Shown here: piece by piece, positions 37,458-46,425 of the stretch
Numbering within the stretch: the first letter of the stretch is position 1
How the letters are laid out: each line of letters opens with the position of its first letter
From: Phycisphaerales bacterium
GTDB lineage: Bacteria > Planctomycetota > Phycisphaerae > Tepidisphaerales > Tepidisphaeraceae
Direction of reading: 5' to 3'
DNA: 64,000 bases
NCBI GenBank assembly: GCA_020847375.1
Contig: JADLCB010000002.1
Location: 11,877-75,876 of the forward strand
Notes under the pieces: model-generated
Told to the model about the DNA's origin: nothing
What the model saw: only the letters and a program-made list of their open reading frames with translations
The model's database searches: none
Made by a program: the position numbers and the translations under genes

Positions 37458-38603
37458 TCAGTTGCCGATCTCAGCCGCTGCAGCCAGATTTTTATCCGCA
37501 GCACTGTTGGTTGGCTCGTAAATACAATCCGGTTCCGCTGCCAAGGGATCACCCAGTAGACCATAGGATCGTGCCCGCGAACCACCGCAAATATGGCGGT
37601 ATTCGCACACACCACACTTGCCGCCCAGCAGATCGCCATCACGCAGGCTGCGGAACAGCGGTGAATCCTGATAAACGCTGACCAGCGAATCCTGGGGAAA
37701 TGTGCCGCAATGGATCGGTAAAAACCCGCTCGGGAAAATTTCGCCGGTATGACTGACGAACATGATTCCCTTGCCGTCGTTGGTTCCCACCTGACCAAGG
37801 GCGATACCGCGCCGGCTGGCTGGTGGCGCACCGCGTGCAGCGGCTGATTTCTGTTTTTGCAGCAGGAATCGCCGAAAATGTGGTGCTTCGGTGGTTTTGA
37901 CCGCCAACCGCCCGCTTTGCTGCCAGCGGTACATGATCTCAAAAACATCCTCGTATTGCTGGGCGGACAGGCGCAGCTCGGCTGTCGCCCGACCGGTGGG
38001 AACAATGAAAAAAATCGAACACAAGCAGGCTTTGGCGTTGGCAGCCAGTTCCAGCAGCGCATCGACCTGGTGCAGATTGTGACGCCCTACCGTGCAGTTC
38101 ACCTGCAGGGGCAGGCCCATGGCGCCCGCGTCGCGCATAATCTCCATGGTGCGCTGATAGCTGCCCTGAACACGGCGGAACGTATCGTGGGTTTTGGCGT
38201 CTGCCCCATCGAGACTGACGGCGACGCGATGCAACCCCATCTCCTGCAATTTTTTCAGGGCGTCATACGTCACCAGCGAGGTGGCTGACGGGGTCATGGC
38301 CACCGCCACACGCTGACGGCGGCAATAGTCAACCAGATCAAACACATCATCGCGCTTGAGTGGATCACCACCGGTCAAAACGATCAGCGGCGGCCGGGGG
38401 AAGGTGAGCATCTGATCGACCAACTCACGCGCCTGCTGCGCGGAAAGCTCATCGGGATGGCGAAACAACTGGGCATTGGCCCGGCAATGCACACACGCCA
38501 GATCGCACGCCCGGGTCATCTCGTAAAAGACGATCATCGGGCTGTGGTTGAAATCCGTACGGGTGTAGGGCAATGGTCGCATGGCGCCTAACCATGATAA
38601 CAC
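37458..38603 (-). CDS. Radical SAM / SPASM-domain protein (NirJ/AhbD-like)
   Basis: 381 aa with the CxxxCxxC cluster motif TRACDLACVHCRA and a C-terminal auxiliary-cluster region, GGKCGVCEYRHICGGSRARSY...EPDCIY. Confidence 0.8.
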   Translation of the reverse strand: MLSWLGAMRPLPYTRTDFNHSPMIVFYEMTRACDLACVHCRANAQLFRHPDELSAQQARELVDQMLTFPRPPLIVLTGGDPLKRDDVFDLVDYCRRQRVAVAMTPSATSLVTYDALKKLQEMGLHRVAVSLDGADAKTHDTFRRVQGSYQRTMEIMRDAGAMGLPLQVNCTVGRHNLHQVDALLELAANAKACLCSIFFIVPTGRATAELRLSAQQYEDVFEIMYRWQQSGRLAVKTTEAPHFRRFLLQKQKSAAARGAPPASRRGIALGQVGTNDGKGIMFVSHTGEIFPSGFLPIHCGTFPQDSLVSVYQDSPLFRSLRDGDLLGGKCGVCEYRHICGGSRARSYGLLGDPLAAEPDCIYEPTNSAADKNLAAAAEIGN

Positions 38604-38653
38604 TTGTGTCCACGATCGTCAGCGACAACGGTTGGCATCAACCGCGCCAGGGG

Positions 38654-39394
38654 TTAATTCCCGGCTGTTTTCAGCTTCCAGTGCTTGGCGGCTGCCCGGG
38701 GGAACAGAATGCTGTTTTCCTTATGCACATGACGATGGGTGTCATGTTCCAGTTCCTGCAGGCCTTCAAACATGGCCCGGTAGCTGTTGCAGGCATCGGG
38801 CGGCAATTTATAGTCGTCGGTCAGACGGCGGATTATCGCCAGATCTTCGCCCGTGGCGGTATGTTCATGCACCAGCTCCTTAATGGGATCGTCCAGTTCG
38901 GTGACATAGTTTTCAGGGAGCTTGTCGGCTGTCTCCAGCATCCGGCACAGGGGGAACATCATGCGTTCCTCCTTGACCATATGCTCTTCAAATTCGGCCT
39001 TGAGCTTGATGAATGTATCACGAACCTGCACGAGATAGGGGTGATTAGCGCCATGAACATTGGCCACCTTGGCCACCAGCATCCCCAGCCTCGGCAGATC
39101 ACGCTTGAGATAAGCATGGTGCGTATGCTCGATATTCGAGCAAAGCTCAGCCATGCTGGCTTGTGACCAGTCACGCTCGGAGCTGTCGCTGGAACGATCT
39201 TCCAGCATTTTCAGAACGCCCAGAACTGTTTTGGGGTCAATCCCCTTTTCCTGACACGCCTGAGTTACGGTCTTGTTCCCCCCGCAACAATAATCCAACC
39301 CAAATGTCTCAAAAACCTTCGAGCGGCCCGGTTTTTGCGCGACCAATTCACCGATTGTCTGTTCTACAGTCAGATTACTCATCGTGTTATCCAT
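38654..39394 (-). CDS. ric: Iron-sulfur cluster repair di-iron protein (RIC; ScdA/YtfE/DnrN family)
   Basis: 246 aa with the N-terminal ScdA_N motif FETFGLDYCCGGNKTV followed by hemerythrin-like His/Glu blocks (HHAYLKRDLP, HEHTATGE, HVHKEN). Confidence 0.85.
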   Translation of the reverse strand: MDNTMSNLTVEQTIGELVAQKPGRSKVFETFGLDYCCGGNKTVTQACQEKGIDPKTVLGVLKMLEDRSSDSSERDWSQASMAELCSNIEHTHHAYLKRDLPRLGMLVAKVANVHGANHPYLVQVRDTFIKLKAEFEEHMVKEERMMFPLCRMLETADKLPENYVTELDDPIKELVHEHTATGEDLAIIRRLTDDYKLPPDACNSYRAMFEGLQELEHDTHRHVHKENSILFPRAAAKHWKLKTAGN

Positions 39395-39598
39395 CCTGTT
39401 TATGGTGTTAACGGATATTTATCATCACTCATGGCTGAAAAGCCATCTCTTAACCAAGCCATACAATAAGACAAAAATATCTCATTTTCGGTAGTTGAGA
39501 CTCAATCCAGCTTGACTAGGAACAATAGCACCTATATTCTGGATATCAAGCTCCAGAAAAGAAATTTGATCTTTTGGCTCGATTTCAGGCTTAAAATC

Positions 39599-40102
39599 AT
39601 GATCTCACAAGCAGCCGAATATTCTCTGCGTGCGATGCTTTTACTGGCCGGTGGTGAGTCATTGCCGATGACAACCACCCAGATCGCGACGCATACGCGC
39701 GTGCCCAGCGGTTATCTGGCCAAAATTCTGCAAGGGTTGGTCAAAGCGGGTCTGATTACCAGCCAGCGTGGCGTTAATGGCGGTTTTACGCTCAACAAAC
39801 CCGCCCACCAACTAACCTTGATGGACGTGGTGCGGGTGACGGATTCGTCGCACCGGATTCATGTCTGTCCGCTGGGCAACCCTGACCATTACAGTTTGTG
39901 TCCGCTCCACCGGCGACTCGATGCTGCCGCCGCCGCAGCTGAGCGCGAGCTGGGTGATGTGACCCTGGCCGATCTGGTGGCGGAGCAGAAAAGGCCCTTT
40001 CTTTGCAAAACGCACGAAACAGTGATTCCTGCTCAGCCACTGACGATCAACCAACAGGCTGCTTCGGCCGATCAACCTGCCCAACCAAAAGATAAAAAAT
40101 AA
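39599..40102 (+). CDS. Rrf2-family transcriptional regulator (NsrR-like by context)
   Basis: MISQAAEYSLRAMLLLAG...TQIATHTRVPSGYLAKILQGLVKAGLITSQRGVNGGFTL, plus three Cys (CPLGNPDHYSLCPLH) compatible with an Fe-S sensor. I prefer the ATG at 39599. Confidence 0.8.
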   Translation: MISQAAEYSLRAMLLLAGGESLPMTTTQIATHTRVPSGYLAKILQGLVKAGLITSQRGVNGGFTLNKPAHQLTLMDVVRVTDSSHRIHVCPLGNPDHYSLCPLHRRLDAAAAAAERELGDVTLADLVAEQKRPFLCKTHETVIPAQPLTINQQAASADQPAQPKDKK

Positions 40103-40210
40103 CCGGCAGAAAATCAGACCCAGCGTGCTTATGATCTGTTGATTTTACCGCTGATATGATTGGTTGATGATTGAAACAATGACGAACCGGCAACAGCATC
40201 AGGAGTGACC

Positions 40211-40708
40211 ATGATCGAAATGTCCCGTGCGGAAATTGATCTACTGTTGAATAATGCCCGTGTCGGGCGGATCTGCATGGCTGACAGCAGCGGCAAACCG
40301 TATATCGTTCCGATGCCTTTTTACTGGAACGGTCAGACGGTATACATCCGTCTGGCGCTGTCAGGGCGCAAAGGCGAAGTGCTGCAGCAGAACGATCAGG
40401 TCTGTTTTGAAGCCGACGACTACAGCGATAATTTTGATCAATACGCATCGGTTCTGATCGAAGGCCGACTGGTGCCTGTGGACGATATTGAAGAAAAAAT
40501 ACGGATCAAGGAGCTGAATTCCGCGAAATACAATCGCCTGCGTCAAGGTTATCGGCCCGGACATGGACGATCCAAACCTATTTCGGAACTGCCCATGCGA
40601 AAAATCGAAGTTGCGCAGATCAGCGGCCGGCGCAAAGAGGAATCGGAGAGTCAGCAAGCTGCTCCGGTTGCCCATCCAGCGGCCAATCGGCAAGGGCAGC
40701 CGGCCTGA
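40211..40708 (+). CDS. Pyridoxamine 5'-phosphate oxidase-like flavin-binding protein
   Basis: EIDLLLNNARVGRICMADSSGKPYIVPMPFYWNGQTVYIRL matches the PNPOx-like split-barrel N-terminus. AGGAG lies 5 nt upstream of the ATG at 40211. Confidence 0.7.
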   Translation: MIEMSRAEIDLLLNNARVGRICMADSSGKPYIVPMPFYWNGQTVYIRLALSGRKGEVLQQNDQVCFEADDYSDNFDQYASVLIEGRLVPVDDIEEKIRIKELNSAKYNRLRQGYRPGHGRSKPISELPMRKIEVAQISGRRKEESESQQAAPVAHPAANRQGQPA

Positions 40709-40799
40709 TGCCCGCAGACTGCCCGCCGGCGTCAATTAATGCCAAATAATGCCAGGCGACATAAAATAAGTTTGATCCGTCCAGACGGAAGCACGCCCC

Positions 40800-42683
40800 A
40801 TGACCAGCACAGCCATTGATCCGGAAATGATGATTCCTGAGTTGTTCCGCCGGCATCCGCAGGCCAGACAGATTTTTAATCGTCACGGTCTGACCGGTTG
40901 CGGCGGGCGTTTCGGGCCGGTGGAATCCATCGGTTTTTTTGCCCGTGCCCACGGTGTCGATCTTGAACAGTTGCTGGGTGAAATTCATCAAACCATTCAC
41001 AACCCGGAACTGGCGCAGTCGCCGCAGTTCGCTCATGATTTGCACGCGGCGGACAGCATCTACCGGCGTTATTTCACAGCTGGTATTCTTGTCCTGCTGA
41101 CGGTGGGGGCAAGCTGGGGTTTGTGGTTGCTCTGGCAGATCGGTTTTGCCCAGACGTTCAGCAAGGGCGCCAGCATCTACAACATCAACGCACACGGCCA
41201 CGCCCAGATTTATGGCTGGGTGGGTCTGTTCATCATGGGTTTTGCCTATCAGGCGTTTCCGCGCATCTGGCATACATCCCTGGTCTGGCCGCGGATGGCG
41301 GTGGTGAATTTCGGGTTGATGATCGCAGGGATTTTGATCCGCACGTTTGGCATGTCGGCCCAGCCGCTGGGGGGCATGGCGATTGACTCAGCCATGTTCG
41401 GCGGCGCGCTGGAAATGATCGCGATTGTCACGTTCGCTGCTCAGATCGTGTTGACGTACCGTCACGGCGACGTGCCGATGCTGCCCTATGTCGGGTTTAT
41501 TTTTGCGGCCCTGTTCTTCTTCTTCGCTCAGACCGCGCTGGATTTGTGGCATACCTACATGACCATGAGCGCCGCACCGGGCAACGAGCTGGTCTGGTAT
41601 GTTTCGACGTATCAGGCGCCACTGCGCGACCTGCAGATTCATGGGTTGGCGCTGTTTATGATTCTGGGTGTTTCGCTGCGAATTTTGCCCGCGCTGTTTG
41701 ATGTGGCGGAAATCCCCCACCGCCGCGCCTGGTGGGCGTTGGGCGTGCTGCTGACAGCGGTGGTTGGCGAAACGATTTTGTTTGTCGCCTATCGCTGGAC
41801 CAACAATCATGTCCTGGCGGCCTTTTTATTGGTTCCGTGGTTGATGCTGCTGATCGGATGCTGGATGGTGGCTGGACCATGGAAATTATGGCGACCCGCG
41901 CCGTCCAAGGATCGTTCGGTTAAATTCATTCGCGCCGCCTACGGCTGGTTGGCGCTGTCGCTGGTGATGTTGATCTTGTTGCCCGTTTATCAGCAACTGG
42001 TCAAAATTCCATTCAGCCATGCTTATTTCGGCGCGATCCGTCACGCCATCACAGTCGGCTTTATCTCGCTGATGATTATCGGGGTGGCCTCGAAGGTTGT
42101 ACCAACCTTGAATGGGGTTGATCCGCGCAAGCTCACACCCTTGTGGGGGCCGTTCATTTTGATCAACATCGGCTGCGCCCTGCGTGTCAGCCTGCAAATC
42201 CTGACCGACTGGAATCCGGTCTTTTTCGCCCTGGTGGGGATCAGTGCGCTATTTGAAATTACCGCCCTGACCTGGTGGGGTGTGCACCTGATCGGCATGT
42301 TGCGCAGCGGCAAGCGTCTGGAAAAACAGATGGATGCGGCGGTCGCGACCGAGCGCCCGGGCACGATTGACGCGGACATGCGTGTCACGGATGTGCTGGA
42401 CTGGTATCCCGCGACCATGAACGCCTTTGATGCGCATGGTTTTTCAGCACTGCGCAATCCGCTCATCCGTCGCACGGCGGCGCGGAGCGTAACGATTCGT
42501 CAGGCGGCGATGATGAAAGAGGTTGATCTGGAAGAGCTGCTGGGCGCGTTGCGTTATGCCGCTTTTGATGGCAAGTGCTGCGCAGCCGATCTGGCGTGCT
42601 GCGAAGATCAACCCGGAGATAAAAGCGATTGCTGCCCGGCGTGTTCAACCCCGGCTGGCGCTGGCCAAACTGTCAGCGATTAG
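40800..42683 (+). CDS. DUF1858-NnrS-DUF1858 fusion membrane protein with a Cys-rich C-terminal tail
   Basis: 627 aa. The N-terminal MIPELFRRHPQARQIFNRHGLTGCGG is ScdA_N/DUF1858-like. The core has about 12 TM helices with NAHGHAQIYGWVGLFIMGFAYQAFPRI (NnrS-like). A C-terminal second DUF1858-like module (VTDVLDWYPATMNAFDAHGF) follows. The tail reads GKCCAADLACCEDQPGDKSDCCPACS. Confidence 0.75.
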   Translation: MTSTAIDPEMMIPELFRRHPQARQIFNRHGLTGCGGRFGPVESIGFFARAHGVDLEQLLGEIHQTIHNPELAQSPQFAHDLHAADSIYRRYFTAGILVLLTVGASWGLWLLWQIGFAQTFSKGASIYNINAHGHAQIYGWVGLFIMGFAYQAFPRIWHTSLVWPRMAVVNFGLMIAGILIRTFGMSAQPLGGMAIDSAMFGGALEMIAIVTFAAQIVLTYRHGDVPMLPYVGFIFAALFFFFAQTALDLWHTYMTMSAAPGNELVWYVSTYQAPLRDLQIHGLALFMILGVSLRILPALFDVAEIPHRRAWWALGVLLTAVVGETILFVAYRWTNNHVLAAFLLVPWLMLLIGCWMVAGPWKLWRPAPSKDRSVKFIRAAYGWLALSLVMLILLPVYQQLVKIPFSHAYFGAIRHAITVGFISLMIIGVASKVVPTLNGVDPRKLTPLWGPFILINIGCALRVSLQILTDWNPVFFALVGISALFEITALTWWGVHLIGMLRSGKRLEKQMDAAVATERPGTIDADMRVTDVLDWYPATMNAFDAHGFSALRNPLIRRTAARSVTIRQAAMMKEVDLEELLGALRYAAFDGKCCAADLACCEDQPGDKSDCCPACSTPAGAGQTVSD

Positions 42684-42735
42684 CGCAGACAATGGTTGAT
42701 GATACACCCTCAGCAATTTACCGGCCGGATGAAAA

Positions 42736-44217
42736 TTATTTGTAGGCTTCGAGAATGCGCTGAATAACAGCCGAGGTGCTGCGCCCATCCACCAGCGGAG
42801 CCAGTGCAATCTGCCCGCCGTGCTGCTCGACAAAATCAGCCCCGACAACATTTTCGCGGGTATAGTCCGCCCCTTTGACCAGCACATCCGGGCGAATCGC
42901 TTCGATCAATTTCAGCGGCGTGTCATCATCAAATGTGATGACGTAATCGATGCTTTCCAGTTCCTCCAGCACGCTCATGCGATCATGTTCATTGATGATC
43001 GGGCGTTTCTTGCCCTTGAGCCGGCGGATGGAATGATCGGTGTTCACCGCGACCACCAGCACTTCCCCCTGACTTCGGGCAAAACGAAAATAGCTGACAT
43101 GGCCGAGATGGATCAGATCAAAACAGCCATTGGTGAAAACAATGCGCCGACCGGCGGCGCGATGCCGCGCCAGTTCCGGCAAAAGCGCCTCCAGCGTCCG
43201 CTGTTTACCCATTGTCCGTCGGTCATCGATCAGGATTTCAGCAATGATTTCATCGCGGGTCAGGGGTACGGAGCCGAATTTTTCCACTTCCAGACCACCG
43301 GCAATATTGCCCAGCACCACCGCTTCCTCCCAGCTCGCCCCCACCGACCGCGAAGCGGCCAGCACCGCCAGCACCATGTCGCCGGCACCGGCCACGTCGT
43401 AGACCTTGCGCGGCCGGGTTTTCAACCAGCGCCGTTCGCCGGAGCTGGCTGCGAAGTAGGCCCCGTTTTTATCAAGTGTCAAAACCGCGCAATCGAGCTG
43501 CAAATCGGTCAGCAGTCGCTCAGCCACGCTGCGATAATCAGCTTCACTGTCACAAGGCAGCTCCGCGGCGCGGGCCGCTTCGACACGATTGGGGGTAATG
43601 GCACTGGCACCGGTGTATTTGCGATAATCATCCAGGGCGGCGGGATCAACAAATACCGGCTTTCCCGCCTGGCGCGCCAGGTCGATCAGTTGCTGGCAGA
43701 GTGATTCGGTCAACAGCCCCTTATTGTAATCTTCCAGGCAGACCGCATCGCACTGACTTAATTGCTGCTCAAATACCTGCAACACACGCTGGGCAATCGA
43801 CGGATCAATCGGCGAGGAATCTTCGTAATCCAGCCGAATCAACTGCTGGGCATGGCGATGCTGCGCCAGACCGACCAGGCGAACCTTGCTGGTGGACAAG
43901 CGCCCGGGGGTTTCCACCATGCCGGTGGTATCACAACCGATCTCCTGGAGCATGGCCCGAAGCTGGCGACCGGTCTGATCATCACCCACGATCGACACCA
44001 CCGACACCTTGACACCAAGCATCGCCAGATCAGCAGCCACGCGACCAGCCCCACCCAGGCGCGAATCCTCGTGTCTGTAGTTCAGCACCGGTACAGGCGC
44101 ATCAGGACTCAGACGCTCAGCATTGCCGTAAAGATAGCGATCGATCATCAAATCGCCGACCAGCACAATCCGGGCCTGCGCCAAACGCTCAACCAGTTGA
44201 ATCAATCGCGTTGACAT
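42736..44217 (-). CDS. hldE: Bifunctional D-beta-D-heptose 7-phosphate kinase / heptose 1-phosphate adenylyltransferase
   Basis: 493 aa with an N-terminal ribokinase-like domain and a C-terminal cytidylyltransferase motif, IVFTNGCFDLIHLGHVSYF. Confidence 0.9.
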   Translation of the reverse strand: MSTRLIQLVERLAQARIVLVGDLMIDRYLYGNAERLSPDAPVPVLNYRHEDSRLGGAGRVAADLAMLGVKVSVVSIVGDDQTGRQLRAMLQEIGCDTTGMVETPGRLSTSKVRLVGLAQHRHAQQLIRLDYEDSSPIDPSIAQRVLQVFEQQLSQCDAVCLEDYNKGLLTESLCQQLIDLARQAGKPVFVDPAALDDYRKYTGASAITPNRVEAARAAELPCDSEADYRSVAERLLTDLQLDCAVLTLDKNGAYFAASSGERRWLKTRPRKVYDVAGAGDMVLAVLAASRSVGASWEEAVVLGNIAGGLEVEKFGSVPLTRDEIIAEILIDDRRTMGKQRTLEALLPELARHRAAGRRIVFTNGCFDLIHLGHVSYFRFARSQGEVLVVAVNTDHSIRRLKGKKRPIINEHDRMSVLEELESIDYVITFDDDTPLKLIEAIRPDVLVKGADYTRENVVGADFVEQHGGQIALAPLVDGRSTSAVIQRILEAYK

Positions 44218-44309
44218 GCGGATTTTTTATCCTTTTATCAATCCATATCCAGCCGTCGGGCTGCTGGTCGGACTGGCGGCTTGTGTCATCAAGCTGCGCC
44301 CGAAAACAA

Positions 44310-45062
44310 CTACTTCGCCGGATCCAGCGCACCAAAACGCCGATTGCGCTGGCTGAATGAAACCAGCGCTTCCTGCAGATGCGCCTCGGTAAAATCAGGC
44401 CATAAAACCGGGCTGACAAACAGCTCAGCATAACTGATCTGCCACAACAGATAATTGCTGATGCGCATTTCGCCGGCGGTACGGATCAGCAGATCAGGAT
44501 CAGGCATGCCCGCGGTGTAGAGGTTGTCGCTGACGGTCTGCTCGTCGATCTGGTCAGGACGAATTTTGCCCGCAGCCGCCAGTTTGGCGATGGCGCGCAC
44601 CGCATCGGTGATTTCCGCCCGGCTGCCATAGTTCAGCGCCAAGGTCAGGGTCAGGCCGGTATTATTCTTGGTCTCATCCAGCGTGGCGTACATTTCATCC
44701 AGCACTTCGGGGGGCAGATGATCCAACCGCCCGATCTGGTGAAAACGAACATTATTTTCCATCATGGTCGCCCGTTCCAGGCGCATATATTCGATGTACA
44801 TCTGCATCAGCGCAGCCACTTCGGCAATCGGCCGCTTCCAGTTTTCCATCGAAAACGAATAAAGCGTCAGATAATCAGGCCCGCCATTTTCCTTATGCAG
44901 ACGGGCACACTCCGTCACGATGGTGCGAACCGTTTTGGCTCCGGCCCGGTGCCCCAGGGCGCGATCCAATCCACGACCCAGCGCCCAGCGACCATTGCCA
45001 TCCATGATAATGGCAATATGCCGGGGCAGACGCCCGCCGAATTGATCAACCTTGTCACTCAT
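44310..45062 (-). CDS. uppS: Isoprenyl transferase (undecaprenyl diphosphate synthase)
   Basis: HIAIIMDGNGRWA and the C-terminal RISNYLLWQISYAELF. The start is the ATG at 45062 or the GTG at 45065. Confidence 0.95.
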   Translation of the reverse strand: MSDKVDQFGGRLPRHIAIIMDGNGRWALGRGLDRALGHRAGAKTVRTIVTECARLHKENGGPDYLTLYSFSMENWKRPIAEVAALMQMYIEYMRLERATMMENNVRFHQIGRLDHLPPEVLDEMYATLDETKNNTGLTLTLALNYGSRAEITDAVRAIAKLAAAGKIRPDQIDEQTVSDNLYTAGMPDPDLLIRTAGEMRISNYLLWQISYAELFVSPVLWPDFTEAHLQEALVSFSQRNRRFGALDPAK

Positions 45063-45149
45063 CACGTCTCATTCAATGCGTCATTTTCGCTTCATTCAAC
45101 CCGCTGCCACCACCTGCCGTCAGCTATCGCACCGGCCAGTGCAGGCATC

Positions 45150-46370
45150 CTACCGTACCAGTGCTGGTTCCAGCCAGAGAAGCTGATCCTGCACATCAAA
45201 ATTTTTACCGTAGTCCACCTCCAGCGTGAGCTGGCGCGCCCCGTTCAGATCCAGTTGAACCGGTGGATTAACCTGCTGTGCCACCACATCCTCCTGTTGA
45301 TGTACAAGTCTTTCATCCAGCCAGATTTTCACGGTTACATTCGCCAGCGGTCGATCGCCGGCCATGGCATAACCCACCCGCAGTTTGGAAAATCCGTGCG
45401 GCAATTCATAGACGAGTCGGGATCGCGACTGAACAATAATATTTTTATCATGTCGTGCCGTTTTATCGGTTGGACGCCGGTCCGTTGGCGCGGGCATCCG
45501 CGATGGTGATGAGGCCAGATATGGCGTTTGTTCGCTCTGCTTCGGTGTCAGATCGCTGATCCACACCATCGGCCCGTTGATCTGTTCAATCGCATCGACC
45601 CGATCCAATGGCAATTTCCGCGGCACTTCATCAACCACCAGCCTGACCTGCGCCTCTTGGCAAACAACCGTTGGGCTGTTGATCACCGTGCCATCGTCCA
45701 GGCTCAGACGCAGACATCGAGATTGACGCGACGAATCCGTCTCAGAAGTGAGCGACGAAAAATTGATTTGCGCAACACTTTGCAGCGGCACGTTGATGCT
45801 TTGTCCCGTGGAAAGCACCGTTATCGTCTGAGGGGAAATATCCGTGACGATCCCATCCAGTCGATCACCGTTGACCAGTTGCAGCTCATCGGTGGATCGG
45901 GTTGGCACTACCGGCGAATCAGTTGATACCCGATCGGTGGCGGGTTGCCGCACGATGGCACGAACCGAGCGCAGATCGATCTCGATATCGCCAATGGCAC
46001 GGCTCCGCCAGGTCAGTCTGTCTCCATCGCTCAGTACGGGCGCGCCGGGATAACGGCTGTCATCCACCAGTTCAAGCACAAAAGTGTTGACGGGCTGGGT
46101 TGCCGGATCCGGTTGCGCAACGGGCACACTGTCCGCGCGGCGGGCAATCCGCTGAAGGCGAAGAAATTGGCCAAGTGGAATCAACACCGGCGCAGCATCG
46201 CCAGTCTGAACGGTCAACCCTTTTTCGTCGCTGCCCAGAAAATCAACGGGCTGGCGCGCGAAACTGGTGGTGGTTAAAATCCATGCCGGCGAGCCGCCCA
46301 TGACGTGGACGGCCATCAGGCAGGTGGTTATCGCACTCAGGATCAGGGGGGAAACAAGTCGCATCATCAC
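45150..46370 (-). CDS. Secreted protein with a C-terminal NPCBM/NEW2-like domain
   Basis: 406 aa with a signal peptide. The C-terminus RLVYELPHGFSKLRVGYAMAGDRPLANVTVKIWLDERLV...LTLEVDYGKNFDVQDQLLWLEPAL resembles NPCBM-type modules common in Planctomycetota. Confidence 0.55.
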   Translation of the reverse strand: MMMRLVSPLILSAITTCLMAVHVMGGSPAWILTTTSFARQPVDFLGSDEKGLTVQTGDAAPVLIPLGQFLRLQRIARRADSVPVAQPDPATQPVNTFVLELVDDSRYPGAPVLSDGDRLTWRSRAIGDIEIDLRSVRAIVRQPATDRVSTDSPVVPTRSTDELQLVNGDRLDGIVTDISPQTITVLSTGQSINVPLQSVAQINFSSLTSETDSSRQSRCLRLSLDDGTVINSPTVVCQEAQVRLVVDEVPRKLPLDRVDAIEQINGPMVWISDLTPKQSEQTPYLASSPSRMPAPTDRRPTDKTARHDKNIIVQSRSRLVYELPHGFSKLRVGYAMAGDRPLANVTVKIWLDERLVHQQEDVVAQQVNPPVQLDLNGARQLTLEVDYGKNFDVQDQLLWLEPALVR

Positions 46371-46425
46371 ACTCGTCGATCGATTCTACGCGCAGTATCG
46401 CCGGTTGCGCTATCTTCATCAGCGC

